Below, piece after piece: positions 1-10,052 of a stretch of DNA of 64,000 nt. Origin of the DNA: Candidatus Magasanikiibacteriota bacterium (lineage in GTDB: Bacteria > Patescibacteriota > Patescibacteriia > Magasanikbacterales > GWA2-37-8); contig JACPGS010000005.1 in assembly GCA_016189025.1 (NCBI GenBank), forward strand, positions 385 through 64,384, given 5' to 3'. A program made the translations under genes and the position numbers. Position 1 is the first letter of the stretch. Every line of letters starts with the position of its first letter. The notes below the pieces were generated by a model. The model was given only the letters and a program-made list of their open reading frames with translations, was not told where the DNA came from and did no database searches.

Positions 1-1194
1 CACCGGCGCCATTTTGCCGGTTTCCATTAAAGTAAGCAGTTCAAACAGCTGATGCAGAGTGCCAAAGCCGCCGGGGAAAAAGATAAAAGCCCGGGAGGGG
101 GAAGTAATAATCAGCTTGCGGACAAAAGGAAAGACAAAATCAATAGAGCGCGTTAAATAACTGTTCATCCGCTGCCGGCCGCGTAATCGCATATTGATGC
201 CAATACTCTCCCCGCCTGATTCCCAGGCGCCTTTGTTGGCGGCTTCCATTATCCCCGGGCCGCCGCCGGTTACCACGGCTAATTTTTGCTTGGCCAGTAA
301 TTGCCCAACTTCATAGGCAGCGCGGTAATAAGGGGAGCCGGGCAGCACGCTTTTGGTGCCGAGCACGGTAACGTTTTGTCCTAATTCGGTTAAAAATTCA
401 AAACCCTCCACCAGTTCGGCCATAATGTGAAAAATCTTCCAGTCGGTCCCCTGGATGCACAGCGGGTTGGTAGGGTCGTCGGTGCAGACATTGGGGCGGT
501 CAGCAGTGTCTTTCACTATCGCATAAGCCTCCTCGGCGCTACTAGCCACCTGGCAGTGCCGGGTATCGGCCTCGGTAATCGCCTGCACTTCGCCCAGGCT
601 TTTCTCGCGCAAAAATTTTAAGAGCGGCTGCCAGTATTCCGGCCCCACCAGCGACAGCGGCGCCGAATCCATCTGGCCAAGCTCCATATAATCCAGCACT
701 TCAAAAAATTCATCCAGCGTGCCGAAGCCGCCCGGGAAAAAGACAAAGGCGTTGGCGGGCGAAGTGAGCATTACTTTGCGGGTAAAAAAGTAATAGAACG
801 CCACCGAATCTTTAACATAAGGATTAATGCGCTGTTCGCGGGGCAGCTGAATGTTGAGCCCGACCGATTGGCCGCCGCCCTCGTGCGCGCCCTTGTTGGC
901 CGCTTCCATTATTCCGGGCCCACCGCCGGTGATGGTGGTAAAACTGTTTTTGGCGAGGAGTTTGCCCAGCTGTTCGGCAATTTTGTAATAAGGATTATTG
1001 GCCGGCAAACGCGCCGAGCCCAGAACAGTAACTTCTTTGGTGAATTTGCCGAGAAATTGATAGCCCTCCACGAACTCCGCCATAATCCGAAAAATCCGCC
1101 AGGAGTCGCGGTAGTTAATGGGCGCACCGGCAGTCACCAAAGCCGGCGAGGCGACTGTCGGGCTAACTGTTGGAGTAGATGCTTTACGAGGCAT
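1..1194 (-). CDS. Tandem LOG-family (TIGR00730-like) protein with two domains; 3' end runs off the window
   Basis: Manual translation from ATG at 1194 (MPRKAST...WRIFRIMAEFVEG...TGGGPGIMEAANKGA...PGGFGTLDE), then a second copy (WKIFHIMAELVEG...TGGGPGIMEAANKGA...PGGFGTLHQ). Absent from the ORF track because it is truncated. Confidence 0.88.
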   Translation of the reverse strand, partial: MPRKASTPTVSPTVASPALVTAGAPINYRDSWRIFRIMAEFVEGYQFLGKFTKEVTVLGSARLPANNPYYKIAEQLGKLLAKNSFTTITGGGPGIMEAANKGAHEGGGQSVGLNIQLPREQRINPYVKDSVAFYYFFTRKVMLTSPANAFVFFPGGFGTLDEFFEVLDYMELGQMDSAPLSLVGPEYWQPLLKFLREKSLGEVQAITEADTRHCQVASSAEEAYAIVKDTADRPNVCTDDPTNPLCIQGTDWKIFHIMAELVEGFEFLTELGQNVTVLGTKSVLPGSPYYRAAYEVGQLLAKQKLAVVTGGGPGIMEAANKGAWESGGESIGINMRLRGRQRMNSYLTRSIDFVFPFVRKLIITSPSRAFIFFPGGFGTLHQLFELLTLMETGKMAPV

Positions 1195-1198
1195 AAAA

Positions 1199-2638
1199 TT
1201 AATAAAATGACAATTGATGGCCGACGCTCATTACTAATGCTTCGGATAATCGTGGACCCATAATTTGTACTCCTACCGGCAATCCAGCGGCAGTTTTTCC
1301 CGCGGGCACGGATAGCGCCGGAATGCCGGCTACCGCTGCCGGGCCGACCAAAACATCAGTCAGATACATCGCTAGAGGGTCCGCCGCCTTCTCTCCCATG
1401 CCGAACGGTGGAAACGGAGAAGTGGGGGAAATCAGCACATCCACCTTGTCAAATACTTGATCAAAATCCTGTTTAATCAAAGTCCGCACCCGCGCCGCTT
1501 TTTTGTAATAGGCGTCGTAATATCCGGCCGAGAGCGCATAGGTGCCAATGAGGATGCGGCGCTTCACTTCTTCGGGGAACCCCCAGGCGCGGGAACGGGC
1601 ATAGACATCATACAGACTGCCGGCTTCGGCTCTCACCCCATACCGAATCCCATCCAACCGCGCCAAATTAGAGCTGTCTTCGCTGGGAACAATAATATAG
1701 TAGGCGGCGATCGCGTATTTGGTATGCGGCAGTGATACTTCTTCAATCTTACCGCCTAAACTTTTAAATCTTTTAATCGCCTCTTCGGTGATCGCTCGCA
1801 CCTCCGAATTCATCCCGGCAACGTCAAAATACTCCCGCGGCACGCCGATTCTCAATTTCTGAATTTCCTTATTTCCCAATTTTGTTATTTCTTCGCTATA
1901 TTTAGGAATATTATCACTCACCGTCGTCGCGTCCCGCTCATCGCGTCCCGCCACCACCTCCATCACCAGCGCCGTGTCCGCCACGGTTTTGGTAATCGGC
2001 CCCACGGTGTCGAGCGACGAGGCCATGGGCATTACTCCGTAGCGCGAATTGCGTCCATAGCTGGGGCGCAATCCCACCACCCCGCAGAAGCTTGCCGGAT
2101 AGCGGATGGAGCCGCCGGTATCTTCCGCGATCGCGTAGATACACATGTTATCCGCCACCGCGGCCGCGGAACCGCCCGACGAACCGCCGGCGACTTTGGT
2201 TAAATCGTGGGGATTCTTCACCGGCCCGTACATGCTATTCTCATTACTCGCCCCATGCCCAAACGTATCGCAATTATTTTTGCCGAGCAAAACTCCGCCC
2301 TGCTCCCTAATTTTTTTAATCACCGTCGCGTCGTAGGGCGGCAGATAATTATCCAAAATTTTCGCCGCGCCGGTGGAGCGAACATCAGCCGTGCAAATAG
2401 CGTCCTTCACCGCAAACGGGATACCCGTAAGCATCCTACCCTCTCCCTTTGCAATCATCTCGTCCGCCTTCTTAGCTTCTTCCATCGCAGATTCGTCGGC
2501 CACCGTAATAAAGGCGTTGATGTCTTTATTGCGTTCGTTGATGCGCGCCAAACAAGCCTTGGTTAATTCAACCGAGGAAAATTTCTTTTTGCGCAATCCC
2601 TCTGCCGCTTGCGTTATTGTCAACTCATTCAATTCCAT
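1199..2638 (-). CDS. gatA: Asp-tRNA(Asn)/Glu-tRNA(Gln) amidotransferase subunit A
   Basis: Amidase signature GGSSGGSAAAV and DTGGSIR, SSNLARLDGIRYG, EVKRRILIGTYALSAGYYDAYY. Confidence 0.97.
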   Translation of the reverse strand: MELNELTITQAAEGLRKKKFSSVELTKACLARINERNKDINAFITVADESAMEEAKKADEMIAKGEGRMLTGIPFAVKDAICTADVRSTGAAKILDNYLPPYDATVIKKIREQGGVLLGKNNCDTFGHGASNENSMYGPVKNPHDLTKVAGGSSGGSAAAVADNMCIYAIAEDTGGSIRYPASFCGVVGLRPSYGRNSRYGVMPMASSLDTVGPITKTVADTALVMEVVAGRDERDATTVSDNIPKYSEEITKLGNKEIQKLRIGVPREYFDVAGMNSEVRAITEEAIKRFKSLGGKIEEVSLPHTKYAIAAYYIIVPSEDSSNLARLDGIRYGVRAEAGSLYDVYARSRAWGFPEEVKRRILIGTYALSAGYYDAYYKKAARVRTLIKQDFDQVFDKVDVLISPTSPFPPFGMGEKAADPLAMYLTDVLVGPAAVAGIPALSVPAGKTAAGLPVGVQIMGPRLSEALVMSVGHQLSFY

Positions 2639-2641
2639 AAT

Positions 2642-2938
2642 TCATGATTCTTCGCCAAACACCGCCGGCACCACTAACTCCTCGTTTTCAACCTCCGGCA
2701 TCTGTCCTATTAATTTATCGCGTACATCACAATTTATCGCCCGGTCTTCTCTCACCACATTCGTGAGCCCCGTCACCTGATACGTCCCCTCCACTCCGCC
2801 CGTATCCACCTCATTCAAAATTTTCATATAATCCAACACCGCCGAAATGGTTTCGGCGTGGCGGGCTTCTTCTGCGGGGGTCAATTCCAGACGGGCTAAT
2901 TGGGCGATCTTTTTTACTTCGGCGATGGAGATGGTCAT
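2642..2938 (-). CDS. gatC: Amidotransferase subunit C
   Basis: EVKKIAQLARLEL...LNEVDT...REDR...VPAV; directly upstream of gatA; likely start MTISIAEV at 2938. Confidence 0.93.
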   Translation of the reverse strand: MTISIAEVKKIAQLARLELTPAEEARHAETISAVLDYMKILNEVDTGGVEGTYQVTGLTNVVREDRAINCDVRDKLIGQMPEVENEELVVPAVFGEES

Positions 2939-3030
2939 AACGGGAGTTAGTATACTAAAAATAGTTATCAAACACAATGAGCATTGTAATTTTGTTAAAA
3001 TAATGGTAGATTTATCACAAGGAGGCAACC

Positions 3031-3495
3031 ATGGCTACGACCGACCCCGAAGTGAGTGCTTTGCGCGCAATAGAAGAACTCAACCTGCGGGGTTTCCTCT
3101 ATCCCGCCGAGCAGAAGACTCTGCGGCTGGAGCGCTTCCACACCGAGTGCCCCAACCACGTCGAGTGCTGGATCCGGCAACGTCTGCTCGTATTCCTCGG
3201 GACATTCTTCAGGTTGAGGAATGCGCGGGAAAAAGAAGCGCTGGAGCTGACCTTCCTGACCGAGATGGCCGACATCATCTTCCAGACGGTGGAGCCAGAG
3301 ATGCGCATTTCGATTGAGTTGATGGCTGGAGCCATGCATGTCTCTGCCCGCGCTACCTATGTAGCACTCGCCATCTACGTCAAACAGCTCGGCCTCGAAC
3401 GCAATCCGCCTCTCCTGACCATTCGCGGGCAGACGATCACGTGGGAACAGGAGACGCACCGGCACTTGCTGGAGCGTCAAGCTCCCAGTTCGTGA
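3031..3495 (+). CDS. Hypothetical protein, 154 aa
   Basis: ORF with a good SD (AAGGAGG) before the ATG; no motif recognised. Confidence 0.6.
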   Translation: MATTDPEVSALRAIEELNLRGFLYPAEQKTLRLERFHTECPNHVECWIRQRLLVFLGTFFRLRNAREKEALELTFLTEMADIIFQTVEPEMRISIELMAGAMHVSARATYVALAIYVKQLGLERNPPLLTIRGQTITWEQETHRHLLERQAPSS

Positions 3496-3790
3496 CTCAC
3501 TCCTGCCCAGCTGACCCGTCGTCCGGCACCACCTCTCGGGCCAGCCTTCGTTCCTTCCCTCCTCGGCCCAATCTCCAGAATAATCAAAGTTTGATTGTTC
3601 TGGAGAGCCGAGGAATATAAAACAGTCCGTTACGGCGGGCTGTTTTGATTTTGCTATAGACATAAAACATTGCTGACGCTATACTTTCCCTAGTTCCTTA
3701 ACAAGGGGAGAAGAGTGTTGAAATCCGGCCTGGACTGCCGCGCAATAATGCCCGGCGGCCCTTCCGGATTTCAACGCCAGGAGTGTCCCC

Positions 3791-4858
3791 ATGGCTACCA
3801 TGCTGATCGTTGTGCTCGCCGGATTCATTTTCTGCCTTGCCCTGTTGACCTGGCTCACTGCTTCCCAGCGGTGGCACTACACTGAATACCTCTATAATCT
3901 GGAATACTTCAATTTCAAGCAGTTCGACGGGGGCATCGCGGCGGTGGAAAAAAAGAATCCCGCGGCGCTCGGCGCACTCCATAATCTGCTGCGGATGATG
4001 CCGGAACGGCTGTTCGTAGCGGTATTCATCATGATGATTCCTTTCACCATCATGATGGACTTTCCGCCGACCATTATCGCTTTGGCGCTCGCCGCTTCCG
4101 GTGGTTTCCTCAATCAACCTCTGCATACGCTCGCCGGCCGCATCCAGTTCTTTTGGGCGATGCTCGGCGGGCGCGACCATCACGGCACCTGGACGCCTCT
4201 CGCCCGCGCGGAGTTCCAACGGATAGGTGAACTGCACCGGGGGTCAGAGCATGCCCCGCCTAAACGTAAAGTATCACCGGCTACCCACCGGCCGGACATG
4301 ACCAATGTGCTGGTGGAAGTATACTTCACGGTGCGCTGGTGGAACCGGCGGCTCGGCTGGCGAAAGCTGCTCCCGGAAGAAGAACGGCTGATCTGCCTGT
4401 GGCTCGCCGACATCGCCTATGGCATGGGTATTCCTGGCTTCCCGCTGACGCCGGAGGAATTTACCCAACGCCGCTTGTTGTACCACCGTTTCCATTTCCC
4501 CAGCGCCACGCCGGAAACCAGCCAGGCGCTCCTCAATGGCCTGCTCGGCGGCCTGCGCCAGCTGGTGCATGGTTATCTGTCGGTGGCGACGCTGCGCGCC
4601 CTGGTGCTCGCGGCCGAGCGCCCCGAGTTCGCGGACGCCTTCCGGCTCCCCCGGCCGCGCTGGTGGGTGCGATTGCCGGTACAGCTGGCCTTGCTGGGCA
4701 TTAAGCACTTCTTCCTCCTGCCCCTGGCGTTCTTCGCTCCCTACCGCCGCCTTCATTTCCCTTACGAAAAACTCGTCCGCTGGTTCCAAGCGCAAGCCAA
4801 ACGCTACGAACCCGCTGTCGAGCGCCCCCGCGAATCCTCCGCACCCCCGGCCGCCTAA
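3791..4858 (+). CDS. Membrane protein with a C-terminal MpaB/DUF2236 oxygenase-like region
   Basis: N-terminal TM segments; WLADIAYGMGIPGFPLTPEEF resembles DUF2236 proteins; SD AGGAG. Confidence 0.5.
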   Translation: MATMLIVVLAGFIFCLALLTWLTASQRWHYTEYLYNLEYFNFKQFDGGIAAVEKKNPAALGALHNLLRMMPERLFVAVFIMMIPFTIMMDFPPTIIALALAASGGFLNQPLHTLAGRIQFFWAMLGGRDHHGTWTPLARAEFQRIGELHRGSEHAPPKRKVSPATHRPDMTNVLVEVYFTVRWWNRRLGWRKLLPEEERLICLWLADIAYGMGIPGFPLTPEEFTQRRLLYHRFHFPSATPETSQALLNGLLGGLRQLVHGYLSVATLRALVLAAERPEFADAFRLPRPRWWVRLPVQLALLGIKHFFLLPLAFFAPYRRLHFPYEKLVRWFQAQAKRYEPAVERPRESSAPPAA

Positions 4859-5022
4859 CCCGCCGCTCTTCTCTCCTTTTCTCCCCCCTCCCTCCTCCGC
4901 TTCACCCCCCCAGGGCAGTGTAATTTATACTGCTGTGGCGGGCGGAGGAGGATATACAAAAACTCCGACTTAGTCGGGGTTTTTTGACAAAAATCACTGC
5001 TCTTGGTATTGATTATTGTACT

Positions 5023-5553
5023 ATGTCGGTTAGCAACTCGGAACAAGAAACCAAAACGATGGGGAAGAAACTTGCTGCCCGGCTTAGGGGCGGTGAAATT
5101 GTTTGTTTATATGGAGAACTAGGGGCCGGAAAAACAACGCTCGTCAAAGGAATGGCGGAAGGATTGGGAATTAAAGAAGAAATTACTAGTCCCACTTTCA
5201 CCTTAATGAACGTATATCGCCTACCGGCTACCGCCTACCAGCTACAAGCTCTCGTACACATTGATACTTATCGCCTCAAAAATGAGCAGGAATTAAGAGC
5301 AATCGGCGCCGAGGATTATATTGGCAAACTAGAAACCGTGACGGTAATTGAATGGCCGGAGAAGATGGAAAATTTGCTAAAAGGGAAAAAGACGATTAAA
5401 ATAACTTTGGAGCATGGGGAGAACGGCGAGCGAAAAATTACTTCTTCAAATAATTATTCCCTTTTAATTCCGGTGGCAGATACTCCTGTTCAACCGGTAC
5501 CTCATAATCCGGATTATACTTATAATCCTTCCCATACCCAATCTCCTTCATGA
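5023..5553 (+). CDS. tsaE: tRNA threonylcarbamoyladenosine biosynthesis ATPase
   Basis: GELGAGKTT, ITSPTFTL, HIDTYRL, IEWPE. Confidence 0.95.
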   Translation: MSVSNSEQETKTMGKKLAARLRGGEIVCLYGELGAGKTTLVKGMAEGLGIKEEITSPTFTLMNVYRLPATAYQLQALVHIDTYRLKNEQELRAIGAEDYIGKLETVTVIEWPEKMENLLKGKKTIKITLEHGENGERKITSSNNYSLLIPVADTPVQPVPHNPDYTYNPSHTQSPS

Positions 5554-6643
5554 ATCTAGTCGGCGCGTTGCGCAGGTGCAAAGGGACGCCCAGGTGCGAA
5601 GTAACGCGCGCGTCTGCCGCTGCCCGGCCATAAGCAGTGTAAAGTAAATTAGATTTTTTTGATTTGGCGCAATAGACTACTGCTTGGGCAAGATGCACTG
5701 TACACTCCGGCATCCCGATTTTGTGGCAGGCGTCATACGCGGCATTAGCTTGAATTAGCGCCTCGGCATTGGCCATGCCAATATCTTCGCTGGCAAATCG
5801 CAGCACGCGACGAGCAATATACAAGGGATCAGCCCCGCCCTCCAGCATCCGCGCCAGCCAATAGAGCGCGGCATTGGCGTTTCCCCCGCGCATGGACTTA
5901 TGCAAAGCCGAGATGACGTTATAAAATTCCTCGCCTTGCTTGTCGAACACCAAATGTGTTCGCTGCAGCGCTTCTTTGATATCATCAGAGGTAATTTGGG
6001 CTTCCTCCCCTTTCCCCTTCACCGCCATCTCCAAAGCATTTAAGGCCACCCGCGCATCGCCCCCAGCTAACTCGGCCAACAATTCAATCGCCTCATCCTT
6101 AATTTCAATTTTCCCTAACCCCCGTTCTTCATCCTTCACCGCGCGCTGAATAATCCGCCTAATATCTTCCGGCTCCAACCGTTTCAAAATAAACACCCGC
6201 GACCGCGACAGCAAGGCGCCAATAATTTCAAAAGATGGATTTTCCGTCGTAGCTCCGATCAGAATTACCACTCCCTTCTCTACATACGGCAATAAAGCAT
6301 CTTGCTGCGCCTTATTCCAGCGATGGATTTCGTCAATAAACAAAACCGTGCGCTGCTGCCCCGCTAACAGTCGCTGTGCGGCGGCGCTCACAATCCGCTT
6401 TAATTCTTCCTTGCCGCTCATTACGGCCGACAAGGCGGCAAAGTGCGACTTCGTTTGCTCCGCAATAATGTGCGCCAGCGTGGTCTTGCCTACCCCCGGC
6501 GGCCCCCACAGAATAAGCGAGGACAGCTCATCATTGGCAATAAGCTGGCGTAATAACTTTCCTTCCCCGATAATCTGTTCCTGGCCGACAAATTCGTCAA
6601 AATTGCGCGGCCGCAGGCGGTCGGCGAGCGGAGTAGTAATCAT
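5438..6643 (-). CDS. rarA: Replication-associated recombination protein A (MgsA)
   Basis: PLADRLRP, GPPGVGKTT, FIDEIHRWNKAQQDALLP, GATTENPSF, SALHKSMRG. Confidence 0.96.
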   Translation of the reverse strand: MITTPLADRLRPRNFDEFVGQEQIIGEGKLLRQLIANDELSSLILWGPPGVGKTTLAHIIAEQTKSHFAALSAVMSGKEELKRIVSAAAQRLLAGQQRTVLFIDEIHRWNKAQQDALLPYVEKGVVILIGATTENPSFEIIGALLSRSRVFILKRLEPEDIRRIIQRAVKDEERGLGKIEIKDEAIELLAELAGGDARVALNALEMAVKGKGEEAQITSDDIKEALQRTHLVFDKQGEEFYNVISALHKSMRGGNANAALYWLARMLEGGADPLYIARRVLRFASEDIGMANAEALIQANAAYDACHKIGMPECTVHLAQAVVYCAKSKKSNLLYTAYGRAAADARVTSHLGVPLHLRNAPTRFMKEIGYGKDYKYNPDYEVPVEQEYLPPELKGNNYLKK

Positions 6644-7752
6644 AAATAATCTTCTATCCGCCGGGCGCCCCATTCCTGCAACTTCTGCCAAAATCCGCGC
6701 TTTTCCCAAGCCTCCCGCAATAGCGGCACTGCCTCGCGCCGCCAGTCGTTAAATAATAAATTCAAATCGCGCACCATATTGGCTTCACTAAAGGCAATGC
6801 CGCTTTCTTCATCCCAATAAAAACTGCGCCGGTTTAAATTGCCGCTGCCGATAAAACCCAGGGTAGAATCCACGCTCATTGCCTTGCCGTGATGCATGCG
6901 CGGCAGCAGAAAAATGTCGGCGCCGGCGCGCGCGGTGGCCGCATAATAAGCGCGGGCCGCCCACTCCATTATCCGGTGGTCAAGGCGAGTGGGAATAAAT
7001 AAATTTACTTTTACCCCCCGGCGCCGCGCCGCCGCTACCGCCCGCAAAAACTGCCGATCCGGCACATAATAAGGAGTGAGGAGGTTTACGCTCTCGCGCG
7101 CCATCCGCAAACTGTCGCGGTAGAGCTGGCGCAGGCGGGCAGTGCGGGGATGTTGCGGCGAGTGGATGATAAAACGGATTTTTTCGCGCCACTCCCGCCA
7201 TTCCGGCAAATGTAAGGCGAGCTTAGGGTGAAGCAGGTGACGTACCGCCCCCCGCTCCCCGCCGGCCGCTAAATAACTCTTGGCAAAGGCGCGCAATAAG
7301 GGGCGCACTAAAGGGCCCCGGATCTCCACGTGCAAATCGTCCCAGGAACCGCAGCTAGCCATAATGTTAACCCCGCCCAGGAAAACTGTTTCTTCATCAA
7401 TAATCAGAGTTTTGCGGTGCGTGCGGTGAGAAATGCGGCGCCAAAAATGACGCCAAGAGAACTCCGGGTAAGGCGGATGAAAACGCAATACTTCCACCCC
7501 GCTCCCGCGCAGACGCGCCAGCGCCGCCCCCGACAGATCAGCGCTGCCGATGGCATCAATTATCAGCTTAACTTCTACGCCCGCCCTAGCCTTGTCACAC
7601 ATTAATTGAATAAAGCGATTGCCTACCTCGTCATCCAAAAAAATATAAACTTCCCAATAGATTGATTGGGTGGCGGCCGAGACACCCTGGAACATCGCCT
7701 CCCAGGCCTCGGCCGTGGTACGGTAGAAGTGGTAAGCAAAAGGGAAAGTCAT
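6640..7752 (-). CDS. Cardiolipin synthase-like phospholipase D (ClsB type)
   Basis: Two HKD motifs: HRKTLIID and HGKAMSVD...GSGNLN. Confidence 0.88.
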   Translation of the reverse strand: MTFPFAYHFYRTTAEAWEAMFQGVSAATQSIYWEVYIFLDDEVGNRFIQLMCDKARAGVEVKLIIDAIGSADLSGAALARLRGSGVEVLRFHPPYPEFSWRHFWRRISHRTHRKTLIIDEETVFLGGVNIMASCGSWDDLHVEIRGPLVRPLLRAFAKSYLAAGGERGAVRHLLHPKLALHLPEWREWREKIRFIIHSPQHPRTARLRQLYRDSLRMARESVNLLTPYYVPDRQFLRAVAAARRRGVKVNLFIPTRLDHRIMEWAARAYYAATARAGADIFLLPRMHHGKAMSVDSTLGFIGSGNLNRRSFYWDEESGIAFSEANMVRDLNLLFNDWRREAVPLLREAWEKRGFWQKLQEWGARRIEDYL

Positions 7753-7809
7753 ACAACAATTAAAACAAAAACTCCTAAGAGGGATTATAGCACGGCCAGC
7801 CCAGGCGTC

Positions 7810-7849
7810 AAAAAACAGCTCCACGGAGCTGTTTACGGAGCTGTTTTTT
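7810..7849. terminator. Intrinsic terminator, probably the original tRNA-Glu terminator displaced by the island
   Basis: AAAAAACAGCTCC...GGAGCTGTTTTTT inverted repeat right next to the inferred island left junction. Confidence 0.7.
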
Positions 7850-7916
7850 GATTTAAGTACAAATTTACGACCGCGCCGGGCTCTTTTTCGTAATTATGGG
7901 GATTTTCGTGCACGTT

Positions 7917-8573
7917 TCACGCGCGCGCCGTTGGCGTGACCACCCCTTCACAACAAACCTGGTGCTGCATGTTCCAAATTAAATATCTCACCGCCGAACT
8001 CTCTAAAACGGTAGATTGGCTGGAAAGAAGTTTTTTAATTTTACGAGCAAAGGACTGTTTAGAATTTTTATGAGCTTCTTTTGGTGTGTGATTTTTAAGT
8101 AATGACACCATTACCTGATTAGACGGTTCTAAAAATATCTCGGCGGTCTTATCTTGCTCTGGCCGCGTTCGCTTATTCTCATCATACAAAAAAATGAAAT
8201 CTTCATCATAACCAATGTACGCGTCCGCTTCGGCTTTTATGCTGCTTGGTCCCAAAATTTTACCAGAACGGCAAGATAGAGCATAAATAACTTTTGACTT
8301 TAACAATTTTTCATTATCACCGGCACGAACCAATTCCTCATTGTCTTGACCAGTTACAACATCATAATTTCCATGACCATTCAAAAATACTATTGTTGGC
8401 TCGTTTTTCTTAATCATACTTTCAAATTCTTTGCGGCTAGCCCGTTTTTTGTCTAAATCAAAAACATCGCTACCTTTTTCTTTGGCCAGTGTGATTATTT
8501 TATTAGCCCAAGTAGAAATGTAGCGAGTGGTCAAATCAAAATTTGGCCTGGTAACAAGCAACCTATGCTTCAT
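7917..8573 (-). CDS. Putative clan CD (caspase/gingipain/CHAT-like) cysteine peptidase
   Basis: Hydrophobic strand plus FLNGHG and a downstream YALSCRSG give a His-Cys dyad pattern. Confidence 0.6.
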   Translation of the reverse strand: MKHRLLVTRPNFDLTTRYISTWANKIITLAKEKGSDVFDLDKKRASRKEFESMIKKNEPTIVFLNGHGNYDVVTGQDNEELVRAGDNEKLLKSKVIYALSCRSGKILGPSSIKAEADAYIGYDEDFIFLYDENKRTRPEQDKTAEIFLEPSNQVMVSLLKNHTPKEAHKNSKQSFARKIKKLLSSQSTVLESSAVRYLIWNMQHQVCCEGVVTPTARA

Positions 8574-8775
8574 ACAGCGCTCCTTCCTTAAGGCCGCGCA
8601 AGAAACTCATCTCTACCTCAACTATTTTTTGGCCGATATCATCGCCGTTTTCTACATGAGCAATCATTTCATTTCTGTCAAAATTTCCTTGTGAGCCAAT
8701 CGACATGCCAGTATCCTCCGGCAAGGTCTTAAGCCGCTCAATAACTAATTGTTTTATCTCTTGTTCAGAAACCAT
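8563..8775 (-). CDS. Small hypothetical protein, 70 aa
   Basis: Overlaps the start of the peptidase gene; same strand. Confidence 0.7.
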   Translation of the reverse strand: MVSEQEIKQLVIERLKTLPEDTGMSIGSQGNFDRNEMIAHVENGDDIGQKIVEVEMSFLRGLKEGALYEA

Positions 8776-8778
8776 ATA

Positions 8779-8973
8779 CTATATAATTTTTAAATCGGAT
8801 AATTTCTCCAAAATCATAGCACCTATTTCGGTATCATTATCCACTTCCAAAAAGGCTACCTGCCAAGTAATTGGACCTTTGCCGGGGATAACCAAAATAA
8901 CTTCTTCGCGGAAATTTATAGGAAGATTAGCAAAAACTTTATAGAATTGTTGTTTTTGTTGTTCTTTGCTCAT
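8779..8973 (-). CDS. Small hypothetical protein, 64 aa, weakly similar to its neighbour
   Basis: Shared LP...G...(V)E/D.xxIGxxI.E pattern with 8563-8775. Confidence 0.65.
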   Translation of the reverse strand: MSKEQQKQQFYKVFANLPINFREEVILVIPGKGPITWQVAFLEVDNDTEIGAMILEKLSDLKII

Positions 8974-9119
8974 ATAGTTTATACTACTCTAAACACTCAT
9001 AAAATTCAATACTTACCAATGCATACCGATCTTTTAATACTTATCCTTAATTTCCCATGTTCTTTCAGGAGTCTTGGTCATATAATACATTTCACCTTCT
9101 ATAAATTTAGTATGGTTAT

Positions 9120-9338
9120 ACAACCAAATCCGAACCTATTTTATCGCAAATGTGTAATTTTGGGAAGGCCGCCCGACGGCTCCGCGCCCCGACCGAAGCG
9201 TCGGGGCTGGCAAATCCCGCAAAAATTTTCAATTCTTTTTATAGGGCGCGAAGCGGGCAAAAATTCCCTCTCCCTAACCCTCTTCCTTTTTGCCCGCTTA
9301 CGAGGGCGGCGGCCGATTTTTTGGGCGGGCGGCGGGCG
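9120..9338 (+). repeat. Left copy of a long inverted repeat
   Basis: 9120-9250 is the exact reverse complement of 14388-14518; 9251-9338 matches 14194-14280 with a few mismatches. Confidence 0.95.
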
Positions 9339-9342
9339 GACG

Positions 9343-10050
9343 TTAGTAAATGTTCTTTTTCGGTCTGTTCTGTCCTTTCCACCAATCTTTTCTCCGCTCA
9401 TTCTCTTGATAAGCAAAGGGTCGTCCAAGATGTATCAAATCCATCTCCTCTTTCATCTTTTCCGGAGATTTATCTGAAAACTCAAGACTCAACGCATACA
9501 GCGACAGCTCTCCATAGGTGTTGATTGGTGATCCAATGTATTGAGGTATCTGTGTTGGATGTTTTCTCGAATGTCGTTTAAGATATGCAAACCACTGCTT
9601 TCCCTTAAAATTACGTCCTTGCTCAATAAAATATATTTTGCCTTGATCTTTTTCAGGATCATGCCAAGGGTAAAATGAATCCTCACGCGGATGGTATTGT
9701 ATTCCTATCTCGCGCGAATCAGGAAAAGTGCGATCTTCTCTTAACTCGCCAACCGTGCGATCAGCGATCTCCGCCAGTGTTGATCCTTGCAACACCTTGT
9801 CCGCTTCGTATCTCCCGCCCGGCCCGTCCGCCGCAAATACTCGCTCTTGAAATTTACCCCATCGAGCTGCGCTGCGTGATTCTCTGTACAATTCAATAAA
9901 TTGGCGCACGGCTTCTTCTTCCTTGCGTCGTTCTTCTTCTCGTTTTTGTTTTCTTCCGGCATCTTCAAAACCCTCCGTATCTTCGACGGTTCTGCGTGCC
10001 TGGTCTTCATCACCAGTATGCGGCTGCTGTGACTCTCCACGCTCTGGCAT
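9343..10050 (-). CDS. Hypothetical protein, 235 aa
   Basis: Last ORF of the cargo operon, 2 bp after the methyltransferase. Confidence 0.6.
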   Translation of the reverse strand: MPERGESQQPHTGDEDQARRTVEDTEGFEDAGRKQKREEERRKEEEAVRQFIELYRESRSAARWGKFQERVFAADGPGGRYEADKVLQGSTLAEIADRTVGELREDRTFPDSREIGIQYHPREDSFYPWHDPEKDQGKIYFIEQGRNFKGKQWFAYLKRHSRKHPTQIPQYIGSPINTYGELSLYALSLEFSDKSPEKMKEEMDLIHLGRPFAYQENERRKDWWKGQNRPKKNIY

Positions 10051-10052
10051 AA

